From contig JAANOX010000014.1 in assembly GCA_020184695.1 (NCBI GenBank), forward strand, positions 302,149 to 366,148: DNA of 64,000 bases, written 5' to 3'. Position 1 is the first letter of the stretch, and the number at the start of each line of letters is the position of its first letter. The notes beneath the pieces are model-generated. The model was not told where the DNA came from. It was given only the letters and a program-made list of their open reading frames with translations, and searched no databases. Shown here one piece after another: positions 32,710-43,445 of this stretch. The translations under genes and the position numbers were made by a program. The stretch comes from Histomonas meleagridis 2922-C6/04-290x. Lineage: Eukaryota; Protista; Parabasalia.

Positions 32710-34728
32710 ATGGAATTCTTTGTCCAAAAAGAGCTACTGGACTTTCAAGAAGATGACAAAGAAGTCCTTATAAGCTCAGCAACAGAAGCGAAGAAATTCT
32801 CGAATTTCACGCCAAACTTGTATTTGGCAAATGATTTAAGTAATTTTTGTAATTTTATTTTACAATTATGTACCGCTGCAAGAGCAAGTTACTTACTAAA
32901 CATGACGCTGATGGATGATTTCCAATTTTTCGAATCACCAACATTAGATGATATGTTAAAAAATATTATCGATTCACCACAGAAAATCTTAGATCATTTG
33001 GAAACAGAGACACTAATGCATTTTTCTCTTCTTATTCTGAGAATACATAGTGACATTGGTAAATTTTGTGAATTAGTTTATAACAATTTTTCAATCGATT
33101 CAACATTAAGTTTGGTTTTCTCTAATTCGACTTTTCCGGCGCTTTTTGGGTTCTTTTGTTTCGAAGATTTCTGTGTTCTTGGCGCTCAAATGATACATAA
33201 TTTATTACCGAAAAATGGAATGCAAACACTTGTTCAATCAATGATAGTTTCATTTTACTTTTCTGTGCAATTTTTCTATGAAAATCTTTGGGCCAATTTT
33301 TATTTTGAATATCGATCTAATTTTACTCGGTTTCAAATCTTCGATAGTTTTTCTAATTCGCTTAAAAAATCTGTTCAATATCTAACTCCGAGTCATGTAA
33401 AAGTTTTTAAAGAATTTAAAGAAATATATCCAGATAATGTTAAACAATTACTCATCGAAATTATCTTTGATCCATTAAGAAACAAAGGAATATTTGGTAC
33501 TAATGCTATGCCATGGAAAGACTTCAAATATTTATTTGATTTTTTCGAGAATCTTCCACCACGAGGTTATCATATTTTAGAGAATATAATATCATCGAAT
33601 GAAAATTTTGTACATTATTTACCAACACTTCCAAGTTCAAATGTATTACAACGAATTCCTTTTGTTATGTCTGATCGTGATGTTCATACATTAATTGAAA
33701 TAGCAATGGATGATGATACATTTGCATCTGATTTCAAACAATTAATTCATGAAATATTCGATATGTATAAGAAAGGATATTCTTCGTTTTATGTATATTT
33801 AATTACACCTATTTCAAAGAATAAAAATAATCAAACAAAACAAAATATTAATAATCAATATAAAAGAGAATTCATTGAACTTCAAAAGTTATGTACTAAA
33901 AATAAAGTTTCATATCTTACATTTTTGCCTAAAACGCCATTTTTTCAACCAAATCATCAACATATTCCTTCTTTTTGTTATAAGAAAAATTTCCAAGTAT
34001 TTGCACTTCAGAATTTTATCGAAGAAACTTCTAAAAAAATTGATACTTTGGATTGTGTTTTAGAACTTAGATATCAAATTAAACTTATTAAAAATCAATT
34101 ATATTATATGAACTCTATTAAGAAATCATTACTTAATCGATATGCAATTAAATATTTTAAAGGGATTTCAAATAACCCAAATAATATTTTAAGTAATCAA
34201 GAAATAATTTCAATTGCTAATGAAAAAATTGATCCAACAATTTTCGAAAATGTTTCTTATGTTTTATCTAATTTATATCATCCTGAACATGATCCATTGT
34301 TATTATATGTAAATGAATTCTTTAGTATATTTTTTGATGTTGAAAATAGAATCAAATTTTTAAAGGCAAGAAATCCTCAAATTACTTATGTATTAAAATT
34401 TTTTAAGAACAAAATGTCGAATTTCGTACAACTTAATCGTAGTAGACAAATTGCAAAATTATTTGAAATAACAGAAATAATATTATCTGCAAATATTTTC
34501 CAATTAGCAAATTCAGATGTGTTTGAATTGGCTTTGTTTAAATGTAGTAATATAGAATTACTTTTTGCTTTTGTTGTGTTTAGAAGATTAATATATCAAA
34601 ATAAAATCAGAAAAACACAATCAAAAGGTTATAATACTTTGGTGGAAAGTTTAAATTGTTTGATTTTATGCTTCTTCCATAGATGTAAAGAATTACAAGA
34701 GGCATATTTGGAAGTAAATGTAAGTTAA
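32710..34728 (+). CDS. Hypothetical protein, 672 aa
   Basis: Long intact ORF in AT-rich DNA; no domain recognised. Confidence 0.75.
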   Translation: MEFFVQKELLDFQEDDKEVLISSATEAKKFSNFTPNLYLANDLSNFCNFILQLCTAARASYLLNMTLMDDFQFFESPTLDDMLKNIIDSPQKILDHLETETLMHFSLLILRIHSDIGKFCELVYNNFSIDSTLSLVFSNSTFPALFGFFCFEDFCVLGAQMIHNLLPKNGMQTLVQSMIVSFYFSVQFFYENLWANFYFEYRSNFTRFQIFDSFSNSLKKSVQYLTPSHVKVFKEFKEIYPDNVKQLLIEIIFDPLRNKGIFGTNAMPWKDFKYLFDFFENLPPRGYHILENIISSNENFVHYLPTLPSSNVLQRIPFVMSDRDVHTLIEIAMDDDTFASDFKQLIHEIFDMYKKGYSSFYVYLITPISKNKNNQTKQNINNQYKREFIELQKLCTKNKVSYLTFLPKTPFFQPNHQHIPSFCYKKNFQVFALQNFIEETSKKIDTLDCVLELRYQIKLIKNQLYYMNSIKKSLLNRYAIKYFKGISNNPNNILSNQEIISIANEKIDPTIFENVSYVLSNLYHPEHDPLLLYVNEFFSIFFDVENRIKFLKARNPQITYVLKFFKNKMSNFVQLNRSRQIAKLFEITEIILSANIFQLANSDVFELALFKCSNIELLFAFVVFRRLIYQNKIRKTQSKGYNTLVESLNCLILCFFHRCKELQEAYLEVNVS

Positions 34729-34740
34729 ATTTTATTATCA

Positions 34741-35874
34741 TTAAATAATATCTTTTACGTATTCTTCTGAACATAAAAAAAATCTTTCGGTTGAGTTTCC
34801 TTTTCCTGTGTCGATTAAAATAATTGGTGAAAGTTTTGATATGGTTGTTTTCATATTTAAAAAAATGGTGTTTTGATCTGTTCTTTCCATTTGTATCCAA
34901 TTTTCTGGCTTATAACCTATCATTCGTTCAATAAGTAATGGTGAGATTTTTAAAATTAATCGATTTTTGCCATCTGAAATTATACAATTCATTGAATAAT
35001 AATATACATTTCCTTTGTTTTTTGCTATGGATAATGTACCATATGATTTAACTTTACAATTCTTTAATTCAATAAATGAGATTTTATCACTTTCGGATTT
35101 GTTAATAAGTTCTTTAATTTGCATAATATTTATTTTGTTTTGTTGTTCATTTGTATTATCATTTTCAATATATTCGAAATCACTTTCATCTGATGATAAA
35201 AATTGAGTTTTATTTATTGGTTCTTCAATTAATTTTAAAGTTGGATTTTGTTTAGTTGAATTCTTTTTTGTTTGCGTTTTCTTTTTGGTTGTGTTTTGTC
35301 TTTGAGTTTTTTTAATTTCTTTCTTTGGTTGTTGAGTTTGATAAAGTTTTGGATTATATTGTACAATGTTTTTCCTTTTTTCTGTTTTTATTGTTGACTT
35401 GCCGCCTATAATTTGGATGTGTTCATCATCTAAGAACACAACTCCATATTTTGCGATTGTACCTTTTAAGATTACAATTTTTATTCCAGGTGTTAATAAA
35501 GGATTTAATATTTTCATTTTGTGTTTGGAAATACCTATAAAAGTATTAAAGCCATCATCAAGTAAAAATTTTAAAGTTCCTTTTTCATCTGTCTCAAAAT
35601 TGATTCTTCTTGAATATGGAATTCCTATATCAACAATTTCATTTATTTGAACAAGACATGGATAATCAAAAATATAAGTTTCACTTCTAATCTGATTTTT
35701 ATCAATTATTGGTAATGATGTTTCACTTAAATCTGTGATTAAAAATGTTTCGATATTATTTCCATTATTTTGTTTTAGCCAATTTGGGTTTGGATTTGCA
35801 TAAATCATCTTCAATTGTTCATTCATAATAAATTCTAATTTAATTTGATGTAACACATCAAAGAAAAGTGACAT
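34741..35874 (-). CDS. RMI1: RMI1-like (RecQ-mediated genome instability 1) OB-fold protein
   Basis: LKFLLDDG...LTPGIKIVI...YGVVFL...IQIIGG matches the N-terminal OB fold; ISDG...ISPLLIERMIG matches the C-terminal OB fold. Confidence 0.7.
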   Translation of the reverse strand: MSLFFDVLHQIKLEFIMNEQLKMIYANPNPNWLKQNNGNNIETFLITDLSETSLPIIDKNQIRSETYIFDYPCLVQINEIVDIGIPYSRRINFETDEKGTLKFLLDDGFNTFIGISKHKMKILNPLLTPGIKIVILKGTIAKYGVVFLDDEHIQIIGGKSTIKTEKRKNIVQYNPKLYQTQQPKKEIKKTQRQNTTKKKTQTKKNSTKQNPTLKLIEEPINKTQFLSSDESDFEYIENDNTNEQQNKINIMQIKELINKSESDKISFIELKNCKVKSYGTLSIAKNKGNVYYYSMNCIISDGKNRLILKISPLLIERMIGYKPENWIQMERTDQNTIFLNMKTTISKLSPIILIDTGKGNSTERFFLCSEEYVKDII

Positions 35875-36236
35875 TTAACGATAGGAATTTCAAAAAGACG
35901 ATAGTTTTTTTCTGTGGAAAACAGTTTCTTGATCATTTAATTTGTCTATCGTTTTTCCACGGGATTTTTGAAATAATTGTTCCTAATAAATCAAATCTGA
36001 ATATAATTATGTGATGAAAAATTAGTATATCGATTTTAATATTCAATTTGTATAAAAAAATTAAATTTTTATTTTGAATCAAATTTGATCAATTAGATAA
36101 AAAATTATAAAATATTCTTAGGTACATTGTGAAAAATAACATATAAAATTCATTGATATATGTTTTACTTCATAATTTTTAAAAATGATTTTTTTTTTCA
36201 AGAAGAAATTTTAAAGTAAAATAAAAACGTTTTTAG

Positions 36237-37496
36237 ATGGAAGAATTTTACACACCTGAAGTTGAAGTAATAAATTCTCCACTTGTTGTAGAGGAACCAA
36301 TTGTTTCGTCCGCTAGTGAAGTAGAGGAGGAAGATCATGTTGATTTAGAAAAAACAAAACAATTAGTATACGATGCAATTTTTACAGAACTTAAATTTCC
36401 CCAAGGGTTTGACAAAGAAGATATGATTTTATTTATAAGAGATGTAGAATTTCCACAAGAAACCGATGATGAATCAATCGAAGAGTATAAACAAGAATGT
36501 CTTAATATTATTAAAGAGAAAATGTTTCCTTCCCAAGAACAAAATGAAGAAGAAGACACGTTAGAATTAACACCTGATTTTATTGCAGATCGTTTATCAG
36601 ATCTTCAATCAGTTGAAGGAGACAGTCTTTCTTTTGCATTCACAACTTTTTCTGTTTCAGAAGCTGACATAGCTAATGTGTCGGCGCTTTCCTCCTATCA
36701 AACCTTACGTTACATTAAATTAGAATCAAATCTTATTTCAGATATTTCACCATTAACAAACATTTCAGGTCTAAGGGAATTGTATTTAGCAGGCAATAAG
36801 ATCACTTCTTTTGATAATATTTCATTTCCTTGCCTTGAGATTTTGGATTTAAGACAAAACCAAATCAAAACAATTGAAAAATTATTAATTCCAAAACTTA
36901 AAAAACTTTTTTTGTCACAAAACAAAATATGTTTTATATCTCCAAATGCGTTTTCTGATCTGAATGAACTAAATGAATTAGATCTCACAGAGAACAAACT
37001 TCATAAGTTCAAAGAAAACACATTTTTAGGCTTAAACAAAATCGAAACATTTAATCTCAGTCAAAACTTAATTGAAGAATGTGATTTCGGTGAAATTCAT
37101 ACATTGAAATCATTAAGCATTGGCGGAAATAGTTTTGATACCATTAACGGAATAAGGTCATTAAAATCATTAGAAAAACTCGATTTGCAAATGTCTTCGA
37201 TTGCAAATATAAATGATTTAAAGGATTTGTCTGAGCTGAAACATTTGGAATCAATTGCTTTGGACGGTTCACCTGTTTGTGACGTCGAAGCATTTAGAAT
37301 CGAAATAATTTTATTAGTTCCTTCAATAGAAGAAATTAATGGCGAAGAAGTAAATGACGCAGAAAGACAAGAAGCAGAAGAAATGGAAGCTGAACGAAAG
37401 AGAAAGGAAGCAGAGGAAAGCGAAATAAATAATTCAACTGAAAATGCAGATGATGAAAATAATACTGTCTCGGATTCTGCTTATGAAAGTCATTGA
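36237..37496 (+). CDS. Leucine-rich repeat protein (SDS22-type repeats; LRRC23-like)
   Basis: Multiple LxxLxLxxNxI repeats, an LRR cap (GSPVCDVEAFR..IILLVPSIEEING) and acidic ends. Segment before the LRRs resembles LRRC23. Confidence 0.85.
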   Translation: MEEFYTPEVEVINSPLVVEEPIVSSASEVEEEDHVDLEKTKQLVYDAIFTELKFPQGFDKEDMILFIRDVEFPQETDDESIEEYKQECLNIIKEKMFPSQEQNEEEDTLELTPDFIADRLSDLQSVEGDSLSFAFTTFSVSEADIANVSALSSYQTLRYIKLESNLISDISPLTNISGLRELYLAGNKITSFDNISFPCLEILDLRQNQIKTIEKLLIPKLKKLFLSQNKICFISPNAFSDLNELNELDLTENKLHKFKENTFLGLNKIETFNLSQNLIEECDFGEIHTLKSLSIGGNSFDTINGIRSLKSLEKLDLQMSSIANINDLKDLSELKHLESIALDGSPVCDVEAFRIEIILLVPSIEEINGEEVNDAERQEAEEMEAERKRKEAEESEINNSTENADDENNTVSDSAYESH

Positions 37497-37630
37497 AATA
37501 AATATATATTATGATGTATTTGTATTTATATTGTTTGCATGCTTAAGTTCTTTTCGATATTAATTTTGTTTGAATAATATTTAATAATTTTTGTTTAAAT
37601 TTTTAATATAGATGGCCATCTACAGTTGTC

Positions 37631-37897
37631 TGTAGACCGACAACAAATTTGTTAATAAATATAAATTTTATCATATACTCAGTCTCAAAAACATGAATTA
37701 AAATATGTAAAAAAAAAATCGAGAAAAAAGATTTCTTCATGTTAAATTTCTCCTTAGTGAAGTGAGTGAAAATGAGAATATTGTGAAAATTACAAAATTA
37801 AATAGAAAAAAAATTTATTAAATATATATATCTAAATATGTTCTCTATGAATAATGCCACAGGGTAGGCGCGGGTTATGTTGAGGTGTCGGTCTACA
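37631..37897. mobile_element. Putative 267-bp MITE with 12-bp TIRs TGTAGACCGACA / TGTCGGTCTACA
   Basis: Perfect GC-balanced inverted repeat in AT-rich intergenic DNA with TGT...ACA ends. No TSD visible. Confidence 0.4.
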
Positions 37898-38200
37898 AGT
37901 TTTTCTTCCAGTCTATAACAATTTTATAGAAGAATGTATGAATCTTTTACAAATACCATAGAAGAAATGTTTTCAATGTTACAAGATCTTGTTATCAGGA
38001 AAGATTTTCCAGAGTATTTCCTAATAAATTTCATACTCTTCCACCAACGAAATCAGTTTTTTATCTATAATAAAAATCAAGTTTTAAAATTTTAATGAGT
38101 AAATACTTTCAACATGAAAAATGTATTTTATTCTATAGAAGTTCACTAAATTTTTTTTAAAAAGAAAATCAATTTTTTCATTCTAAAAATATATTCGTTT

Positions 38201-41200
38201 TTATTCAAAAAATTTAGTAATTTGTTGAGCCAATCGTTTCTGTTTGATATTATCACATTGCGAGAAACTCTGTACAATTAATTTCAATTTATTTTCACGC
38301 AATATTTTCACGTTATCCACGTTACTTTGGAACATCACTAACACCAATTCTAATAATGAAACCGGAACTTGCGATGTCATTTTGAACTTCTCTATAATTA
38401 TACCTATGAATTCCTTATTTAACAAGTTACTTAAGAACTCTACTGACTGCTGACATATTCCGATTAATTTTCCGATGAATGTTGGCGCGTTATCTTGATT
38501 CACCAATTTCAGTCCTTTTCTGAACTTTTTAATTGCTTCTTCTTTTACAATCATTTTTTCTATATGATATTCTTCTTTCATTAATAATGAATAAATTGCA
38601 GTGATTGCTTTAGTGCACCAATAAGGCTGAGGTAAGTTATCTAAATATATACCAATCAAATTATCCTCAATTAATTTCATCATTGATTCTTGATTAACAT
38701 CTGCTACAAGATACATTTCCATAATAACTGAAAGTGTTTGTGATTTAATTTCTGATTCTGTTTGAAGATATTCACATAAATATTTAAGAAGTCGACTTTC
38801 AGCTACAAAACAAATACGTGCGCGTGATAACTTACACATTTCTGCAAGTAATGTAATAAGATTTGAATGAATGTGTAACGTATCTGTTTTAGATGACGCT
38901 GAATTACCAAAATCAACTTTCAATAATTCGCATGTCATTTCCATTACACCGGAACTTGTTAAGTTATCACGTGTTTCAGGATCCATTCCAATAAACTTCA
39001 CTGTCTTACATAACTGTAATATATTCTGTGGTGCTAAAACTTGTCGTGCAGACCTTTCAGCTTTAGAATATAATGACTCTACTATCTTCTCCATTACATC
39101 TGGCTCACTCATTGCAATTTTAACTTTTGTGTCCGCTTGACTAAATATTAAATCAAGGTCACAAATGTTTTCAATCATTTTATTGACTTCTTGACTTCGA
39201 TTTTGTAATTCTGCAAGTTCATAAAGTATTGATGCAAGTGGTGGTAATACACCTGCCTTCATAAATAATCGACAAAAATCTGCTTGTTGTGTAGCTCTTT
39301 GTGATGAAAATATATCCATTGTTGTTTGTAATGCTATAGAAATCATTTGTTTTTCACTTTCAACATTATAATGAAGAATTTTAACAAGTGCTGAAACTCC
39401 ATTACAAGCTATAAACATTTGTGTGTTATCTTGAGATTTAGAACATATTTCAGTTAATATATTAACAGCACTTTGGCGACATGTAAAATCAATCGATGGA
39501 TCAAGAAACTTCATAACAGGTGGTATACCACCAAGTAAACAAAAGTTTTCTTTAATCTGTGATTGACCTACACACATTTCAAATATAATCGAAAGTAATG
39601 ATCGAGAGATTTCAACATCATTAACTTTCGAAAATTCTAAAATTTCGATTACAGGCATTACACCTTGTTGAGAAATTAATGTTGATCTTACTGATGGTTC
39701 TTCTTTAAGAATTGAGAGAATACGTTCTAAATATCCAAGTAATGTATGACTTGGAATTCCAAGTTTTAATAAATGAAGATTTGATATTAATTCACGTGTA
39801 AGTTCTTCAACACGAGAGCGCTGTGCAAATATCTTTTGTTCTTCTGGATCTTCATCATCAATAAATCCAAGATCTCCTTGATCACGTACAAAACTTTGTA
39901 TAGTAAGACTTTCTGTGCCAGATGAATCTTCACCAGATGTAACATCAAATCCACTTTCAGAATCATCTTCAGCAAATAACGCAAGTGCATTCTTCTCTGT
40001 ACTAGTAACACTTTTTAATGCACTATTAGGATTAACCATTTGTTTCTTATGAAGAGTAAGTGGTCGATCATCACTATCACTACCAAAGACATCACTGGAA
40101 CTATTTACATTGTTAAGTTGTATTAATGGCTTATTTTTATTGTTTTGTGGAAGTGCTAATGGTTTATCATCACTATCACTTCCAAAAACATTATCTGAAC
40201 TACTATCATTACCTGGAAGTTTAAGTAATGGTTGATTTTTGTTATTTGGAGGATTATTAATTTGAAGTAATGGTTTGTTTTTATTGTTTTGTGGAAGTGC
40301 TAATGGTTTATCATCACTATCACTTCCAAAAACATTATCTGAACTACTATCATTACCTGGAAGTTTAAGTAAAGGTTTGTTTTTGTTATTTGGAGGATTA
40401 TTAATTTGAAGTAATGGCTTGTTTTTATTGTTTTGTGGAAGCGCTAATGGTTTATCATCACTATCACTTCCGAAAACATTATCTGAACTACTATCATTAC
40501 CTGGAAGTTTAAGTAAAGGTTTGTTTTTGTTTGGTGCTATTTTTGGTTTATCACTACTACTTCCAAACATATCTGATGATGAATTTTCTTTTTGTTTTTT
40601 AGTTTTTGTTGGTGTAAGTTGAAGCAACGGAGCATTATTCTTTCGTGGAGGTTGAGGAGGAATAAAATCATCAGAATCCGAATCAATATCAAATTTATCA
40701 AGAGCATTGAAATCAGGTCCAAGTGATGCATTGCCTCTGTTATGATTAATTTGTAATTGTTCACCTTTCTGTTGTTCACTTTCACGCTTTGCAGCAGCTT
40801 CTTTTTCGTTATAAAGCCAAAGATAACTTTGAAGCTGTTTAGCAGAAGGACGTTCTGATGGATCTCTTTTAAAACACATTGTAAGAAAATCACAAAGATG
40901 TGTAGAAGCATTTGTTGGAAGAGGAGGCGATTCAGAAAGTATTCGCATCCTCGCTTCTTCTGGTGGAAGATCTTTAAATGGTGGTTTACCAGTCATAAGC
41001 TCAATAATTGTACATCCAAGTGACCATATGTCAGATTCTTTGGTAAATGTTTTGGAATTAAGAACTTCAGGAGCACTCCAATAAGGATTATCTTGAATAT
41101 TAAGATTTGTAATGGTAGCACTAAGACCAAAGTCAGTGATTTTAGGAACACCATTTTGAAGAAGAATATTGGAAGCACGAAGATTGTTATGTGTATTACC

Positions 41201-41569
41201 TTGTTCATGTAAATATTCAAGACCTTGAAGAATATCCCAAACATAACGAGCAACAAGTTTTTCTGGAATGGATTTAAATCGATCAATCGTAGTTCGTAAT
41301 GAATTTCCTTCACACCAATCCATAACAATAAAAACACCTGTAGTATTATAAATAACTTCGTGGTAATGAACAATGTTTCTGTGACGCATAGATGAAAACA
41401 TAGCAAAAAGACGTGATATAGCTGCCTTTTCTATTGATTCAATAATTTTTGGTGGAAAAAATTTAATTGCTACAAGAGTACCAGTCCTAGAGCTCATCGC
41501 TTGGAAAACTTGAGGATGATCCCCTGGAGTAATTGTCTGTTCAAAAGTATATTCATTAACTGATTTCAT
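38201..41569 (-). CDS. Cdc15/Cdc7(S. pombe)/SepA-like STE kinase homolog with C-terminal ARM/HEAT repeats; HRD motif replaced by HNN
   Basis: VAIK, DFG, YWSAPE, DIWSLGCT, GKPPF. The ARM region IKENFCLLGGIPPVMKF...MFIACNG is typical of this family. Confidence 0.85.
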   Translation of the reverse strand: MKSVNEYTFEQTITPGDHPQVFQAMSSRTGTLVAIKFFPPKIIESIEKAAISRLFAMFSSMRHRNIVHYHEVIYNTTGVFIVMDWCEGNSLRTTIDRFKSIPEKLVARYVWDILQGLEYLHEQGNTHNNLRASNILLQNGVPKITDFGLSATITNLNIQDNPYWSAPEVLNSKTFTKESDIWSLGCTIIELMTGKPPFKDLPPEEARMRILSESPPLPTNASTHLCDFLTMCFKRDPSERPSAKQLQSYLWLYNEKEAAAKRESEQQKGEQLQINHNRGNASLGPDFNALDKFDIDSDSDDFIPPQPPRKNNAPLLQLTPTKTKKQKENSSSDMFGSSSDKPKIAPNKNKPLLKLPGNDSSSDNVFGSDSDDKPLALPQNNKNKPLLQINNPPNNKNKPLLKLPGNDSSSDNVFGSDSDDKPLALPQNNKNKPLLQINNPPNNKNQPLLKLPGNDSSSDNVFGSDSDDKPLALPQNNKNKPLIQLNNVNSSSDVFGSDSDDRPLTLHKKQMVNPNSALKSVTSTEKNALALFAEDDSESGFDVTSGEDSSGTESLTIQSFVRDQGDLGFIDDEDPEEQKIFAQRSRVEELTRELISNLHLLKLGIPSHTLLGYLERILSILKEEPSVRSTLISQQGVMPVIEILEFSKVNDVEISRSLLSIIFEMCVGQSQIKENFCLLGGIPPVMKFLDPSIDFTCRQSAVNILTEICSKSQDNTQMFIACNGVSALVKILHYNVESEKQMISIALQTTMDIFSSQRATQQADFCRLFMKAGVLPPLASILYELAELQNRSQEVNKMIENICDLDLIFSQADTKVKIAMSEPDVMEKIVESLYSKAERSARQVLAPQNILQLCKTVKFIGMDPETRDNLTSSGVMEMTCELLKVDFGNSASSKTDTLHIHSNLITLLAEMCKLSRARICFVAESRLLKYLCEYLQTESEIKSQTLSVIMEMYLVADVNQESMMKLIEDNLIGIYLDNLPQPYWCTKAITAIYSLLMKEEYHIEKMIVKEEAIKKFRKGLKLVNQDNAPTFIGKLIGICQQSVEFLSNLLNKEFIGIIIEKFKMTSQVPVSLLELVLVMFQSNVDNVKILRENKLKLIVQSFSQCDNIKQKRLAQQITKFFE
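40110..40545 (-). repeat. Three in-frame 144-bp (48-aa) tandem repeats in the kinase linker
   Basis: TCACTATCACTTCC recurs at 40170, 40314 and 40458; peptide DSSSDNVFGSDSDDKPLALPQNNKNKPLL. Confidence 0.9.
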
Positions 41570-41837
41570 TTTATTTTAAACGAACGTTAATCACGGTTTG
41601 TTAACAAAAAGCTAAAATAAACGTACTTTTCCAACAGAAGATTTTTAAGCAAGAAGAATGTTTTCATTTTTTTTTTTTTTGAAGAAATTTTAGTTTTTAG
41701 CAAGGAAAAAATGGATATATCCATAAAATATATTGCATGAAAAAAAATATTTATTGGTTGGTTTTAAAAATCTCTTTGTAAAAGAGTTTTGCTGGAATTG
41801 TTCGTCTTAAACGTTCAACTATCGTCAAAATTTCCTA

Positions 41838-42371
41838 ATGACTGAAAAAAAATGTTTAATTTGTCATGAAACTGTTCGTGCTCCCTTGGTTTCCCCTTGT
41901 GGCCACACATTTTGCGCTTCATGCATAAAACGAAAACTAGAAGATGATCATACATGTCCAGAATGTCACCAACCTCTTAGACTCAGTGAATTAAAGCCAA
42001 CAACAGTAATAGATGTACCTGATGTTGATGAGCCAAGGTGGGAATGCCCAATTTGTTTTGAGCAATTAACATGTCCTGTTATCACTCCATGTGGTCATGC
42101 ATTTTGTCGAGAGTGTATTGAAACATGGCTAAATCGTTCTGATAAGTGTCCATCTTGTAATAATATCATTCATATAGCAGATCTTACACCAATAAATTTC
42201 GGAAACTCCACTTCACAGAATCAAAGAACAACAACACATGCAAGACCACGCTGGACAGATGTTAACAAAAATGTAATCGGACTTTTGCCTGTGAATGAAA
42301 ATACTCGGGTTGTTGTTTACTCAATTCTTGTATTTTCAATTGTTCTAATGGTCCTTTCTGTTGTTGTCTAA
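41838..42371 (+). CDS. Double RING (C3HC4) E3 ligase with C-terminal TM
   Basis: Two CxxC..CGH.FC..CI..CP.C domains and a hydrophobic tail. Confidence 0.9.
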   Translation: MTEKKCLICHETVRAPLVSPCGHTFCASCIKRKLEDDHTCPECHQPLRLSELKPTTVIDVPDVDEPRWECPICFEQLTCPVITPCGHAFCRECIETWLNRSDKCPSCNNIIHIADLTPINFGNSTSQNQRTTTHARPRWTDVNKNVIGLLPVNENTRVVVYSILVFSIVLMVLSVVV

Positions 42372-42626
42372 TAAACTAATCAACAATATCTCAAAAAAAC
42401 AATGGAATCGTAATGAATAAAAAAAGGAAAATGATAATATTTTTAAACAAATTTGTTTAAGTAAATCATAAAACTAAGGATAAGAAATATTTACATACAA
42501 AAATCTAAATTGATTGTTGACTTAAAACAATATAAGAAAAATTCATTATGAATTCTTCAAATGAAATATTTTGGGGTAATAATAAGTTTATAGATACTGG
42601 AAGTATGAAACAAATATACTTGCTAT

Positions 42627-43055
42627 TTAATGAAAAGGTGAATTATTGGGTTCTAATTTGAAAAGTTGATGTGAAATTACAAATTTATTATGAACCTTTT
42701 TTAAATGAAAGATCGAAGTAAAAAGCTTTGAACCTTCATATTTGAATTCTATACTTCCATTAACAATAATTAAAATTATTTCAAGTTTTTCCTCATTCGT
42801 ACAAATGTTTGAATTTTGGATATCAAAATTATCAAGATGAATTTTAGAAAATTCCTTGAAAGAATTATACAAATTTTGAATTTCAATAACACCTGTTCCA
42901 TTCGTTTTGAGCATATGATCATTTTCATAATTCATTAAATGAACTGAAGAACTTCCATCAAAAAATGAAGAAATTGAAGATTTGTTATTAACAAATGACG
43001 AAAAAAAACCTTCAATGAATTCTTTTGCAACACGCCTCTGGGAGAGGGTTTCCAT
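42627..43055 (-). CDS. NTF2/NXT1-like domain protein
   Basis: VAKEFIEGFF, LDNFDIQ, IIVNGSI and FVISHQLFKL follow the NTF2 pattern. Confidence 0.7.
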   Translation of the reverse strand: METLSQRRVAKEFIEGFFSSFVNNKSSISSFFDGSSSVHLMNYENDHMLKTNGTGVIEIQNLYNSFKEFSKIHLDNFDIQNSNICTNEEKLEIILIIVNGSIEFKYEGSKLFTSIFHLKKVHNKFVISHQLFKLEPNNSPFH

Positions 43056-43445
43056 GGTTGTTTTTCACAGACTTCGTTTGAATCGGAGTCTATCATGTTT
43101 CGAAACATGAAACAATATCAATCTCCATTTCTCTGCTTTAAAAAATTATTCGCGATATTTACATAATGTAAACATTGGAAGATTTTGTATTGATTTTAAA
43201 TATTTAATCTTTTTGCTGCTCAATTTTAAAAAAATTTGAAAGCTTGACAATATTTAATGACAAAATGATAAAAACTTTATATTAAAAACAATTTATGTAA
43301 TTGTTTAATGCTTTGATGAGCATAATGATGATTTTGAATCCTATTTGTGCCAGACTACAATTGAGTTAATTTTATTGAAAATTGCTTTGGCCATACAACT
43401 TTTTGAATTGAAATGTGGCCGCATGGTCGTGTTTCATTTTCTTTG

